Source: Negaprion brevirostris (taxonomy: Eukaryota). Taken from it: a DNA stretch of 64,000 bases. The notes under the pieces are model-generated. The model made no database searches, was not told the origin of the DNA, and was given only the letters and a program-made list of their open reading frames with translations. The stretch is taken from the NCBI GenBank assembly GCA_030324005.1, contig JARDVH010000001.1, forward strand, positions 136,654,419 to 136,718,418, written 5' to 3'. Each line of letters opens with the position of its first letter. The stretch's first letter is position 1. The position numbers were made by a program, and so were the translations under genes. Positions 41,946 to 53,849 of this stretch are shown here, piece by piece.

Positions 41946-42121
41946 ATAGCTCGAATGATTTCTGTAAGGTTAGTTTCAAATGACAGGAACTGCTTTCCCT
42001 TCTTAGTGAAGCCTCGCACCTCTGAGCCAACACTTATAAAGATTTTCTCCTGTGGAGTACCAATGGCTCCTCCTAGCTCCAATCTGGAAACTTTTTGTCC
42101 TGGCAAGGTCTTGAACACTGG
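41946..42121 (-). CDS. BBS7: BBS7 exon 4, [18 protein letters not shown]...[12 protein letters not shown]
   Basis: Acceptor cacag|, donor |gtaagt; 176 nt. Confidence 0.97.
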
Positions 42122-44147
42122 CTGTGTGCAAGTGAAATTACATATTTGACTTCCACCAACACAAAAGATTTTTGCAACTTACATTAAAGCATATCAGCAT
42201 TTCACTTACTGGGGACATTTTCAAACAAAATTTATATTATCAGCTATTTTAATGAAACTATCTATAGTAAAAAAGCAGATTAGTTGAACAACATGTGCCC
42301 CACAACGGCAATTAAATTAGTGGTGTGCTATACTACATGATCACTCCTCAGACTGAAGCAAAGAAACTTTGCCGCCAGTTCCAACTGAAAGAATTCTATC
42401 CTAATCAGAGTCTTTCATCCAAAGATAACTTCACCGACTCCAAGTAATCAAAATAAAAGTCTACATGATGGCCATGTTACAAACATCATTTAACTTAAAA
42501 AAAATCTACTGTAAATTAGCATTATCAATTATAATAGGAAAATTTTAACCATCCCAGAAAAAGAGGTGGGTTTGGGATCAGGGTTAATTCTAACCCTAAA
42601 CTACCCATTTCCAGTTTTAATATTTTATTTCAAAATATTAGAATGATCCACATTTTAATTCACTATTTAAAATTCAACCCTGGCCAGCCGTGCCACACCC
42701 CAATGTTTGCTCATTCTAATCAAAATGAAAGAAACAAAAACTGTTGGTTTAATTTTTCAACCGAGTGGAGAAACTGGGGTTATACATGGGGTCATTACAT
42801 GGGGATAGATGGAGCTTAGTGAGAATCTTTGTTTTGAGTTTATTTCTGTGAATTCAGTTAAGACCTAGCCATCAGGCAAGACTGGTTGACAAAAGCACCT
42901 AACAGACTAGCTTTGGATTTTATGTAATTATAGCTCAAAGGATAAAATAAAATTAAGTGACTGATATTCAGTACAAGAACAAAGCTGAAATGGGGAAAAA
43001 TGACTGGAAGATTTGTTTAACTAGAAGCTAAAGGAAGAAATCTACAGTAATCCTCAATAAAAGGCAGTTAATCTTGTTGCAATTGGAGTTGTGGAAGAAA
43101 TCAACTTGGTTGCATTTTGAAATTGTCTGGAAACCAAAAAGTGACTTCCAATATTTTAAGCCACTGCACAGGAGTTGCAGGAAAACCCATGTTGGAGCTG
43201 TGGAATCCAGAGTTACTGAGGTTGATAAAGAAGCTGGAGGGTCACCTAGTCAAAAGCTAATGAAAAGACACCCATGAAATTTTGTACCTTGACTAATAGC
43301 TGGAGCACTGAAGAGAAATCAGAATGAATTCTGGACAGCGGTGATATACCTTTGGGTCAATCCCTGGAAATGAATGAACCTTACAAGATTTCATAAGATA
43401 AGGGGACTCTTGAGGGGAGTTAAAAGAAACAGAACTGAATTAATAGCATAAGCTGTAATGTTAAGTTAACAGAGCTTACTTCATTTAATTCTGATATACA
43501 ATCAATTTTGTTTTTGTTTAAAACTGTGAAATCTTGTGGCATAGCTCTGTCAGTTAATTGCTGGCTGTTTGGATTTCTTCTTTAAATGTTAATGGTCTCT
43601 AACCAGATCAGAACAGTTAGTGAAGAGTAATGACTCAAGATTCGACAAACAGGGGGCACAGATGAAGGTGATTAGCAAAAGAACCAGAGACAACATGCGT
43701 GTGTTATAAAATGAGAGGTTAAGATTTAGAGCGCATTGCCAGATAGATGATGGATAAGGATTCAGCAGTAGTCTTCAGAAAGGAATTGGATAAATACTTG
43801 AAGGAGAAAACAATTATGGGAATATATAGGGAAAACTCTGAGAATAACTGAATTCCTATCGAAAGAGTCAGTACGGACTCAGTAAGTTGAATAGTCTTCT
43901 TCACTGTACTATTTATGCTTCTATGCAAAGGCTCTTTGAATTAACAGAAATATTCTTTTTCTCCAACATTTTTCATTTTTATTAAACTGATTTTTTTTTA
44001 AACTGCATTTTATATTTTATAATTGGGAGAATGCCAGGCCTGGCAGAGATACAATGTTAATTTCAAATGTCCAATTTCTCAATGCTACAATCTCACTCCC
44101 AAAATATTGAAAAATACTGTAAATCATAACCTTGAGCTGATACTTAC

Positions 44148-44210
44148 AACTGGCTCTCCCTTTTTAATTCCGAAACAAGTAACCACTCCATCATGATCTG
44201 CAATTACCAC
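44148..44210 (-). CDS. BBS7: BBS7 exon 3, VVIADHDGVVTCFGIKKGEPV
   Basis: Acceptor atttag|, donor |gtaagt; 63 nt. Confidence 0.96.
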
Positions 44211-44503
44211 CTAAATGGTCAAAGCATAAAAAAATTCAAAAAACTAAATAGTAACGAAGATGTTCAAAACAACTATATAAAAACAAACATAAAAGTTCTC
44301 GCAAAGTGCAGAAATGCTGCCATTAAGGCAGCCAGGAAGGTTAAAGTTTTGATTTTCAATAATATCACAACATACAATAAATCTACCCTTGCTGAGAAAG
44401 CTTGGTCAAGGATAGGAAATTATTTTTCTCCTCTTCTTCTTGCTTCTACACTTTTACCTGGAACTAGAAAAATAAATGATCATTTTGACAGGTAGAAATT
44501 AAC

Positions 44504-44569
44504 CTTTTGGATTGCTCTTCGTCCTGATGCAGGTAGAAGCCGCATTGTCTTTTGGGAAGTCACTCCCAC
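44504..44569 (-). CDS. BBS7: BBS7 exon 2, VGVTSQKTMRLLPASGRRAIQK
   Basis: Acceptor tcttag|, donor |gttaat; 66 nt. Confidence 0.96.
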
Positions 44570-46182
44570 CTAAGATAAAATAAAAAGAAGTTACAGCACT
44601 ATCACAATAAAGACATGTTAATTATCTAATCTATGAATCTCACCCTAGGGTGATCAAAGGAAAACAAAGTCAAACTATGGTAGTGTACTAAGAAACTTAA
44701 TTTGAAATTTAGGACAACAGTGCACTGAGTGAAGATCAAGAGGTACTACCTTGGCTTACAACACTCCACTAAACTCTCACAAGCTCAATATAGACATGGA
44801 TGTCCTGTTGCCTTATTCTAATTCACTCAAACAAAAAGAAGCATTTTTCTTAAGTGATTCCAAAGTTTTTGCATCCAGTCCAAGGGCGGAATGGTAGCAC
44901 ACTGGTTAGCACNNNNNNNNNNNNNNNNNNNNNNNNNNNNNNNNNNNNNNNNNNNNNNNNNNNNNNNNNNNNNNNNNNNNNNNNNNNNNNNNNNNNNNNN
45001 NNNNNNNNNNNNCAGCTGCTATTCTCTATTTTACCACCAGAGGGAGAGCTGTTGTTAGTATCCGCACTGGAGCAACAGCGGCAACAACAACGACATGCAT
45101 TTATATAGCACCTTTTTATGTAGCAAAGCATCCCGAGGCATTTCACGGGAGTAATTATCAAACAAAATTTGATCCCAGGCCATAACAGGAGACATTAGGT
45201 CTGACAGCCAAATATTGGTCAGAAAGGGAGGTTTTAGGGAACATCTCAAAGAGAGAGGTAAAGAGGCAGAGGGGTCCAGGAAGCTCATTCCAGCTAAAGG
45301 CACACTCTAAAATTGGAGATACTCAAGAGGTCAGGATTGGAGCAGTACAGATATCTTGGAGGGGTAGTAGGGCTGGGGGAGACGGGGAGGGCAGAGACAA
45401 CGGAGGGATGTGAAACCAAGATTGAGAATTTTAAATTCAGGGACCTTCTGGGTCAATGTAGGTCCGAGAGCACAGGAGGTGACAGGTGAATGGGAGCTGG
45501 TGTGATTTAGGATAGGGGCAGCGGTGTTTGGGATGAGTCCAAGGTAGCAGCCTGATGTACAAACATGCAAAAGAGGAGCAGGAGTCGGCCACCCAGCCCC
45601 TCGAGCCTGCTTCACCATTCAATAAGATCATGGCTGATATGTTTGTGTTGAGTTGCACATTCCTATCAATCCCCGTACCCTTAGATTCCCTCGCCTAACA
45701 AGGATTTATTTACTTCCGACTTAAAAATATTCAGCGACCGCCCCCCCCACACTTGCACCACCTTCCGAGGCAGAGAGTTCAAAGACGCCCAACTCTCCGA
45801 GAGAAAAAAAAATCCTCATCATTGTCCTGGGAGGGTGACACTAATTTTAAAACAGACCCACAAGATGAAACATCGTTTCCACATCCACCTTATCGACCAT
45901 TCAGAATGTTAAACACTTCAATCAGGTCGCCCCTCACTCTTCTAAGTTCCAGTGGAGACAAGCCCAGTCTGTCTGAGTTTTCCTCATGAGACACCCACTC
46001 ATTCCAGCTATCAATATGTTTCACTGAATGCTAAAGCATGTGACATTGATAAATCAAATCAAATCAAACCCAGTAAACCTCTTCTGAACCACTCCCAATG
46101 CATTCACATCCATCCTTAAATAAGACCAAAACTGCACACAGTATTCGAAAGGTGGTTTCACTAATGCCCTGTATATCTGAAG

Positions 46183-46387
46183 TAATAGTAAGAAGTCTCA
46201 CCGCACCAGGTTAAAGTCCAACAGGTTTATTTGGCAGCACGAGCTTTCGGAGCGTTCCTCCTTCTTCAGGTGAGTGAGGACAGAGCAGCGCTCCGAAAGC
46301 TTGTGCTGCCATATAAAGCTGTTGGACTTTAACCCGGCATTGTGTGACGCCTTACCGTGCCCACCCCAGTCCAACGCCAGCATCTCC
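46183..46387. mobile_element. Short palindromic PLE-derived insertion carrying a minimal hammerhead motif
   Basis: Same family as 12151-12281; TSD atatctgaag at 46173-46182 and 46388-46397. Confidence 0.8.
46238..46272 (-). ncRNA. Minimal type-I hammerhead ribozyme motif
   Basis: CAC-CUGAAGA-A-GGAG-GAACG-CUCC-GAAA-GC-UC-GUG: catalytic core, helix I and helix II pairing, and a palindromic AGCU in place of helix III. Confidence 0.6.
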
Positions 46388-47095
46388 ATATCTGAAGCAT
46401 AACATCCTTACTTTCATTTTCAATTCATCTCATAATTAAGTACAGCATTCCATTAGCCTCCATGATTACATGCTGCATCTGCATACTAACCTTTTGTGAC
46501 TCATGCACTAAAACACCCAGATCCCTCTGCACCCTGGATTTTGCCATTGTTCTCCAATTAAGTCTTTCTTTAAATTTTTCCTGTCAAAGTGAAAAACCTC
46601 ACACTTTCCCACATTATTCTCCATCTGGGTGATTTTTACCCACTCAGTTCACCGATTTACATCCGTCTGCAAACTCTGTGGGTGGGATTTTCCAGCTGCA
46701 CTCGCCCCGAGACCAGAAAATCCTACCTGACGTCAACGTACCTTTGCAATGGTGCTGTCCCACCCACAATGATTCCCGTGGCAGGTGAGACAGGGAAATT
46801 CTGCTCTGTATGTGTTCTTCACAACATACATTGCCACCTATCATTGTATCACTTAGTGACTGTGCCTTCACTCCCCTCATTTAAATCATTGATATAAATT
46901 GTAAAATGTTGAGTCCCAGTACAGACCCCGACAGGACCCCACTCCCCACATTCTGCCAATCAGACAAAGACCCTTTTAGACATACTCTCAGTTTTCTGCC
47001 AGCCAGCCAATCTCCCTGCACCGTGAGCCTTTTTTTTGCAATAATCAAAAAGAAACAAGTGTGGAAACACAGGAAGTAAGTTCAGTTTTCCTTAC

Positions 47096-47317
47096 CTTTC
47101 GTGTCCCCGAGTCCCAGCTGTCCGCAGTTATTTCTTCCCCAACCAAACACCGCGCCGGAGAGCGAGAGAGCGAAACTGTGTGCTCCTCCAGCAGCCAGCT
47201 GGGCTACGGGGATTCCAGCCAGCGATGTGACACATCGGGGCTTCAGCATCCAGTGGCCAATTCTGCCAAGGCCCAGCTGACCCCGAGTATTCTGTCCCCA
47301 GGCAAAGACTCGACCAT
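47096..47317 (-). other. Isolated small-HERC (HERC3/HERC4-like) RCC1-repeat exon inside BBS7 intron 1
   Basis: 222 nt, phase 1-1, open frame (D)[73 protein letters not shown]. Acceptor ctctctgtcgtttctgctaccag|, donor AAG|gtaagg. Confidence 0.9.
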
Positions 47318-47409
47318 CTGGTAGCAGAAACGACAGAGAGAAATTTGTTAACGTTACTCATTGAAAAATAAACCTCCCTGAGATTGGGCACATCTGGCTG
47401 CTTATCTCC

Positions 47410-48025
47410 TGATGTGGAGACGCTGGCATTGGACTGAGGTAAACACAGTAAGAAGTCTCACAACAGGTTTAAGTCCAACCAGTTTATTTGATAGTAATCC
47501 CACTAGCTTTCGGAAACGGTGTTCCTTTGTCAGGTGTGTAGAAGGTTCTGGTCAGAGGAAAGGTATATAAAGACACACACAGTTTACAGATTACTGATTA
47601 GGATGCGAGTCTTTACAGCTAACCTGCTATTCAGGTCTTAAAGATGCAGACAGTGTGAGTGGAACTTGGCTAGTATCAAGTTCCGCACACACGAGGACGG
47701 CCTCAACCGGGAACTGGGGTTCATGTCACGCACTATCAGTAACCCCCATGACTTGCCTGAACTTGCAACATCTCACTTACTGTCCCATCTGGACACAATA
47801 CACATCTCTTTAACCTATGCTAACGCTATCTCCACTCACACTGTCTGCATCTTTAAGACTTGAATAGCAGGTTAGCTGTAAAGACTCGCATTCTAATCAG
47901 TACTTTGTAAACTGTGTGTGACTTTATATGCCCTTCTGTGATCAGAACCTTCCACACACCCGAAAGCTTGTGGGTTTATATCAAATAAACTGGTGTTGTG
48001 AGACTTCTTACTGTTTTTAACCCCA
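47410..48025. mobile_element. Penelope-like element remnant with long inverted arms
   Basis: Arms of about 200 bp (47440-47663 and 47831-48020) are reverse complements. The centre encodes KFRTHEDGLNRELGFMS, resembling the C-terminus of a PLE GIY-YIG ORF. Confidence 0.8.
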
Positions 48026-48115
48026 CGGTGACGGAGTTAATTCTCATTTACTGGATTTAAACCGTCCGACTTATAAAACAAAAAAGCCCAGTGATGGCGG
48101 GGTCGGCCCTCCCAC

Positions 48116-48151
48116 CTGCAGGTAGTCGACGCGGTTTAAGTTTAACTCCAT
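48116..48151 (-). CDS. BBS7: BBS7 exon 1 (coding part), MELNLNRVDYLQ
   Basis: Strong Kozak GCGGCC-ATG-G; donor CAG|gtggga; 36 nt. Confidence 0.96.
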
Positions 48152-48335
48152 GGCCGCCGCGGTCTCCTGTGGAAAATCGGGCGCAGCGAGGGCGGGATCG
48201 GCGTTAAAACACCAGTAAAGTGTCAGCACCACGCACAGAACTCATGGCCGAAGCTGCTGGACACTCGGCAGGCCGAAGAGAGAGAAGGAGCCGTCAAAAC
48301 AAACCACTGGTTCCAAACCAGGCCCCGCCAGTCCC

Positions 48336-48349
48336 GTTACTAAGGAGAC
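48336..48349 (-). promoter_or_regulatory. RFX X-box in the BBS7 promoter
   Basis: GTCTCCTTAGTAAC on the minus strand, about 185 bp upstream of the ATG, fits the 14-bp X-box pattern typical of ciliary genes. Confidence 0.8.
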
Positions 48350-51328
48350 TGTAAGCGCCTCCTAACACCGCACACCATTGGTTCCGGTAACCGCACCGGC
48401 GTTTAAGCTCAGCGCCCATTGGCAGCTGGAGGAGCCAGTCTCGCTCCCCGGCTTGAGAAATCCTTTCATCTGTATAGCGCCTCTCACAACTACCAGCCCC
48501 TTCAATGTGCTTTATAACTAATCAAATGTAGTCGCTGGTATAATGTGGGAAGTATAGTAGCCAAAATATGGCAAGATTCAAGATCGAGGAAATTTGGGCG
48601 CAAATAATTTATTCTGTATAATGTTTTGCATCTTCGCCCTCTTCCCCCCCCCCCCCCCGTTATGGAGAATGCGCATCTCCTGTATTCAACGGGTTGTGAC
48701 TTTACATCTAAAATTTTTGGAGTTGAAGCCGTTATTGCATGAGTAATTGAAACGCTTCCACGATAACATTTTCTAACCTGCAGGATCTGATCTGCATAAA
48801 TTGCCTCAGACTTTAATGTTCAGAAAGAGAGGGAATATGGTTTAAATTCCACACATTCCTTCGCCACGTTGTTTAGGCTGATCTCTGTTTACTTTTGGCT
48901 GTTGTTACCTTCTGGTGTGAATGGTATAAATTTTGGTATCTGATGACAAAATTGGCAAAAATGTCAATTGAAACACTCCTTTTATGTTTCTCAGTAACAG
49001 TTCTCTAAATATGTTTGTGGTACAATTCATCTTTCTCCTGGGAAAGCAAAACGGAATCTGTATTTATTGTAATAAATTTGATGTCACTGTTCAATAATTG
49101 AAATCTGACTCCACATTGGTAACAGTGATGGTTTTTACTGAATCACAACTGAGACTAAATATTCAGAGTATTCGAGCAGCAGTTTACAAGGACAGTGGGT
49201 GCAGGGGAGGGGTAGCACCATTAACAGCTGCTCTATTCAGAGTGGCTGATCCTCACTTTCACACATTTCAAGTATTGGTCCTCACCTTCACATGCTTCTC
49301 ACTTATAGACCTAAGTAGTCGTTAGCACACGACAGCTGTTTTGGCAGTGATATCACTGGTCTCCGGACGAGATCCACTAATTTGTAAATTCCCAAACAAG
49401 ACCCCAATTTTGTTAAGCTCCGGGGTGAAAATAAATGAGCTGGCTTCCCTTCTTTATGCAACAAGTTAATTTAAATTGGGATCCCTTCCCTTCCTTTCCA
49501 AGTTCAAATGTATTTTTTTTAGATGGAGCCAATTTAACCAAGCTTTTTTGAGTCAAAGAAAGAATAAGTTTAATAGCTTATAAAACCCTGAAAACTAATA
49601 ATAATGCAATACACACACACACATCAGAACTGAACAGAGTCCANNNNNNNNNNAAAAGAGAGTGTGCAAATCAATGCTTGGCTTGACTGTGAGGCATTGA
49701 TGATAGTACACTTATGGCTTTGGTAGTTTAATAGTTTGGAGACACTATTTGCAGGGTGGCTAAAAAGCTGTCCTATTTCCTTCAGCTTGTGGCTTTCATT
49801 GAACCATGCTCACAGCAACAGGGAGAAAGAGATCCTTTGCATTGGGATCTGTCTCTAGCAATCTAGACTCACCTTGCCACTGGACCAAGATGGGTCAGGA
49901 AGAGAGAATGAAACTTATGATATACACCTTACTATAATCCAATTCACATGCAAGTCATGTTCATAATCTTTTACCAGTCATCCATCATTTATCTGTTGCA
50001 AGACCTATGGCAATGTGTGTGTAATATAGCAGCAAGTGTGGATTCACTGAAAGCTGCAGCCGTGAACCTGTACCCAGGTGGCTCAAACCATTTTTCACCA
50101 TAATAAAGAAGTGAGGGGAGGTGAGCAATGTGATCTTGAAATATAAAGAAGAGGCTAGACAAAGTTTCTTAAACATTGTCTGCTTTACCTCTTTTGCCAT
50201 GAACCATCCCATCCATAAGTTGACTTGCCTTCCTATGAGTGTCAATGATTGTGCTTAATGATGGTGCTTAAACTCCCCCTGTATGGCAACAGACAAGCAA
50301 ATCTCATTTTGTATGCTCCAACATGACCAAACCTGATGAATGCAAGGGTAAGTTTGATGATGTCCTCAAGTCCTTGAATACTACGGTGCTAAAGTCAGAT
50401 ACACTCATTAATCTTGGTGACTTCCATACAAGTGTTAATGCAGATCACCAGGAAAGGAATAATTGAAAAGAATGGGGTTAGTAGTTGTAACAACAATGTC
50501 CTCCTCTTTTTGAAGATGTATGTTGAACATTAGCTCTTGATCATCCACACAGTTTCTCGCAACAAGACATCTTGGACGTATCCCTATTCTGTGCATTGGT
50601 ACCTATTGACTATCACTAGGCAGAGGGAGAAACAGGATATGCGTGTAATGAACGCAAGTGCCATGTTGACTGGTGGAGTAACCATTATCTTATAAGCTCA
50701 AAATTAGACACCCCTTAAAGGCCCTCAGGGAAGTTGCAGAAATATCTCAAGGCTCTAACAGGCAGCCATGAAGAAATCTTTCTCAGAGAACCTTGTTTAC
50801 TAAAATTGGGCACTCATTGCATAGTGTCATAATGATGGACGAAAATCCCAAATCATGTACAGAAATATGGAACTTTAAATAAGACCTCTGGTTTTATGGC
50901 TGAGGATGTAAATTCAGTTACTGGCTGAATTGCTGGTGAGTGATACTAAGAGAGAGACAACGGAACCACACCTTTACTCCAAACAAAACCACAAAAACCA
51001 TACAGAAACAAACAGCTATCTCCTATAGAATTCATGGGAACTGATTATCATCTCAGCAGGAATGATACTCTATATGCAGTGTCCCAGAGCGGTTTGTGGG
51101 TTTTTGCCTTCCAGGAATACATAAAGACTGGGATAAAAGCCAGCTGGAAAACTTGGTCAGTGTCGACTAGTGCTGATGTATCAGCGTGACACAGGAAGAA
51201 AGACTACTGCAGATCCTTGCAAAAGTTTTATAGGTGACTCTCCCTGATTGCTAAAGTGAGTCAACTCAGAAAATCCAAAAGTGAAAAGGAAACAGGGCAG
51301 CTTCTCAGCTAAACTGCAGAATGCTGGA

Positions 51329-51783
51329 ATCATAGAACTCTACAGTGCAGAAAGAGGCCCTTCGGCCCATCAAGTCTGCACCGAACACAATCCTACTCAG
51401 GACCTACTCCCATGTTATACCCACTAATCCCTCTAACCTACGCATTCCTGGACACTAAGGGGCAATTTCTTAGCATGGCCAATCAACCNNNNNNNNNNNN
51501 NNNNNNNNNNNNNNNNNNNNNNNNNNNNNNNNNNNNNNNNNNNNNNNNNNNNNNNNNNNNNNNNNNNNNNNNNNNNNNNNNNNNNNNNTCTTAGCATGGC
51601 CAATCAACCTAACCCGCACATCTTTGGACTGTGGGAGGAAACCAGAGTACCCAGAAGAAACCCACGCAGACACGAGGAGATTGTGCAAACTCCACATAGA
51701 CAGTGATCCGAGCTGGGAATCGAACCCCGGACCCCTGGAACTGTGAAGCAGCAGAGCTAACGACTGTGCTACTGTGCCACCCG
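51329..51783 (-). mobile_element. V-SINE (HE1-like), interrupted by an assembly gap
   Basis: Same head, core and tail. Confidence 0.85.
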
Positions 51784-52708
51784 CATGGTAGCACAGTGCC
51801 AGAATTCCAAAATCGTCAATTTACCTGCTGAAGTCAGTACTACTGGGCATCACAAATCACAACAGCTGCATCTACTTCTCATGCACAAGTCAATGACTGA
51901 TTTGTATATATTTTTGGATTCAATTCTCATTTCTAACCTGTGTGAATGTATGTGCATGTACTTTATCATTTTCCTCACATTTAATAGCTAATAAACTCAC
52001 TCTTAGCTCAAAAAGCCTGGTTAAATTGGCTTCTTTTAAAATATAAATATTGGGCTGGGGAAAGGTATCTACAAAAGGAGGGACCCTTTTTAAATTAATC
52101 TTGCTGTGACCAACCGAGAGGGTTGAATAAAGGAAAGAAGCCTCCTCAGCTAGGGTGACAAACCTGGGGAACCTCAACTAGGGACTGGTCATAACAGCAT
52201 TGAAGATGGCAGGATGACCTTCACGGATTTAGTGTAGCCCTGTGCTTTGGAGGCCGTTGACTCTACCTTTCTCAAGCATCAAGATTGGTTTAATGAAGCC
52301 AGTCAGGCAATCTAGAAAATACTACGAGGAGAAACATCACCTCTACAAGGTTTACCTCAATGACAATCATCACAATGCCTACCAAAACATCTAGAGACAG
52401 ATGCAAGACACTGGCTGAATCAGACAGCAAACTAATTTTAGTCATGTGCAGACCACAAATACTGGAAGAGATCCTGCAATGCTTTGAAGTTTATTCACAG
52501 GCTCCAATCTACTGAATCAACACTGCTCACAAAAAAAGCTCAAGTTAGAGAAAGGTGCCTGTGCACTTTAACCACATCCTAAATTATCTTTATGTAATGA
52601 AGAAGCAATCAACGGGCTGCCACAGGTTACCATCAATCATTCTCTTGCTAACTCTGCTATACTATTAAAAACACAAATGCAATCAAACTACTGTCTAGCA
52701 GCAAAGAT

Positions 52709-52912
52709 GTGGAAATGCCAGCATTGGACTGGGGTAAGCACAGTAAGAAATCTCACAACACCAGGTTAAAGCCCAACAGGTTTATTTGGTAACACAACTT
52801 TTGGAGTGTCGCTCCTTCTTCAGGTGAATGAGGAGTTGTGTTCATAAACAGGGCATATATAGAGACACAAACTCAATTTACAAGATAATGGTTGGAATGC
52901 GAATCACTGAAC
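52709..52912. mobile_element. PLE-derived insertion, same family
   Basis: Starts gatgtggaaatgccagcattggactgggg; TSD ctagcagcaaagat at 52695-52708 and 52913-52926. Confidence 0.8.
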
Positions 52913-53849
52913 CTAGCAGCAAAGATCCAGGGAGCTGATGTTATCCCAGCTGAGATTTACATGGCTGAAGATTGATGCCTGGTCAAAAAGCTCACTGAAC
53001 TCTTTTGGTCAATGTGGGAATAAGAATAAAAAGATACCTCCATTGTCTACCCATACAAGTGGAAACTTGCCAATCTGGCAACAACTATCGAGGAATCTCA
53101 CTTTCTCTCCAATGCTGACAAAATCTAGGCTTCTGAACTACTTAATGCAACATCTGAAAGCTTTGCTGCCAAAGTGTCAGTGCAGTTTCAGAAAAGGTCA
53201 AGGAACGCCAGATTTGGTGTTTGCAGTTTGACAGAGCATGATCCTCCATGCCATGTTGACCTGACCAAGGCCTTTGTCGTAATCAGCTATGAGGACCTTT
53301 GGAAGGTAATGGAAAATTTGGCAGCCTGAAAAATTCATCACAAAGGTTTAAAATTTCCATGTTGACATACTTGTGCATATCCTGAGTCTTCTGGGACATT
53401 CCCAGTCACTAACTGAGGTAAACAGACCCTTGTGCAATGCTAACTTTTTTTAGCATGTTTTTCACTGCATTGCTCTCTGATGCCCTCAGTGATGGTGATC
53501 TAGGCATCAAAAAATCAGATATTGCATGGACACAAAGCTGCTCAATCTGAAATATTCTTTGTGATTTCCTGTTTCCCGATACTGTGCAAAGCTGCCAGTT
53601 CAAAGCTAGACACAGTATGTAACACAGTATGGACTTGTTTGCCAATGTACATGACAACTTCAGCCTTCTGATCAACATGAAGAAAACTTATGTACCAGCT
53701 TGCACCAGGAAAGGCCCTTCTTGAGCCCATGGCTCCAATTCATGACCAGAACCTGTTAACAGCAGACAAATTCATTTATCTCAGCAGCAAACTCTCTCAA
53801 GTCGTCTATTAACGACAAGACAAATGCAAGTGTTGCAAAACTAAGTGTA

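Larger units (their letters stand above)
45560..47040 (-). mobile_element. CR1-like LINE 3' fragment with nested insertions
   Basis: Reverse complement of the same RT C-terminus and tail. Confidence 0.75.
2385..48151 (-). other. BBS7: BBS7 gene span (Bardet-Biedl syndrome 7, BBSome subunit), 19 coding exons, 714 aa
   Basis: Hand-spliced exons give a continuous 2145-nt ORF from MELNLNRVDYLQVGVTSQKTM to [20 protein letters not shown]. It is collinear with vertebrate BBS7 as I recall it, and all exon phases are compatible. Confidence 0.98.
48060..48460 (-). promoter_or_regulatory. CpG-rich BBS7 promoter/5' region with GC box (48321-48329) and two CCAAT boxes (48377-48381, 48418-48422)
   Basis: Local GC and CpG enrichment against an AT-rich, CpG-poor background; GGCGGGGCC and two CCAAT motifs on the minus strand. 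Confidence 0.75.
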
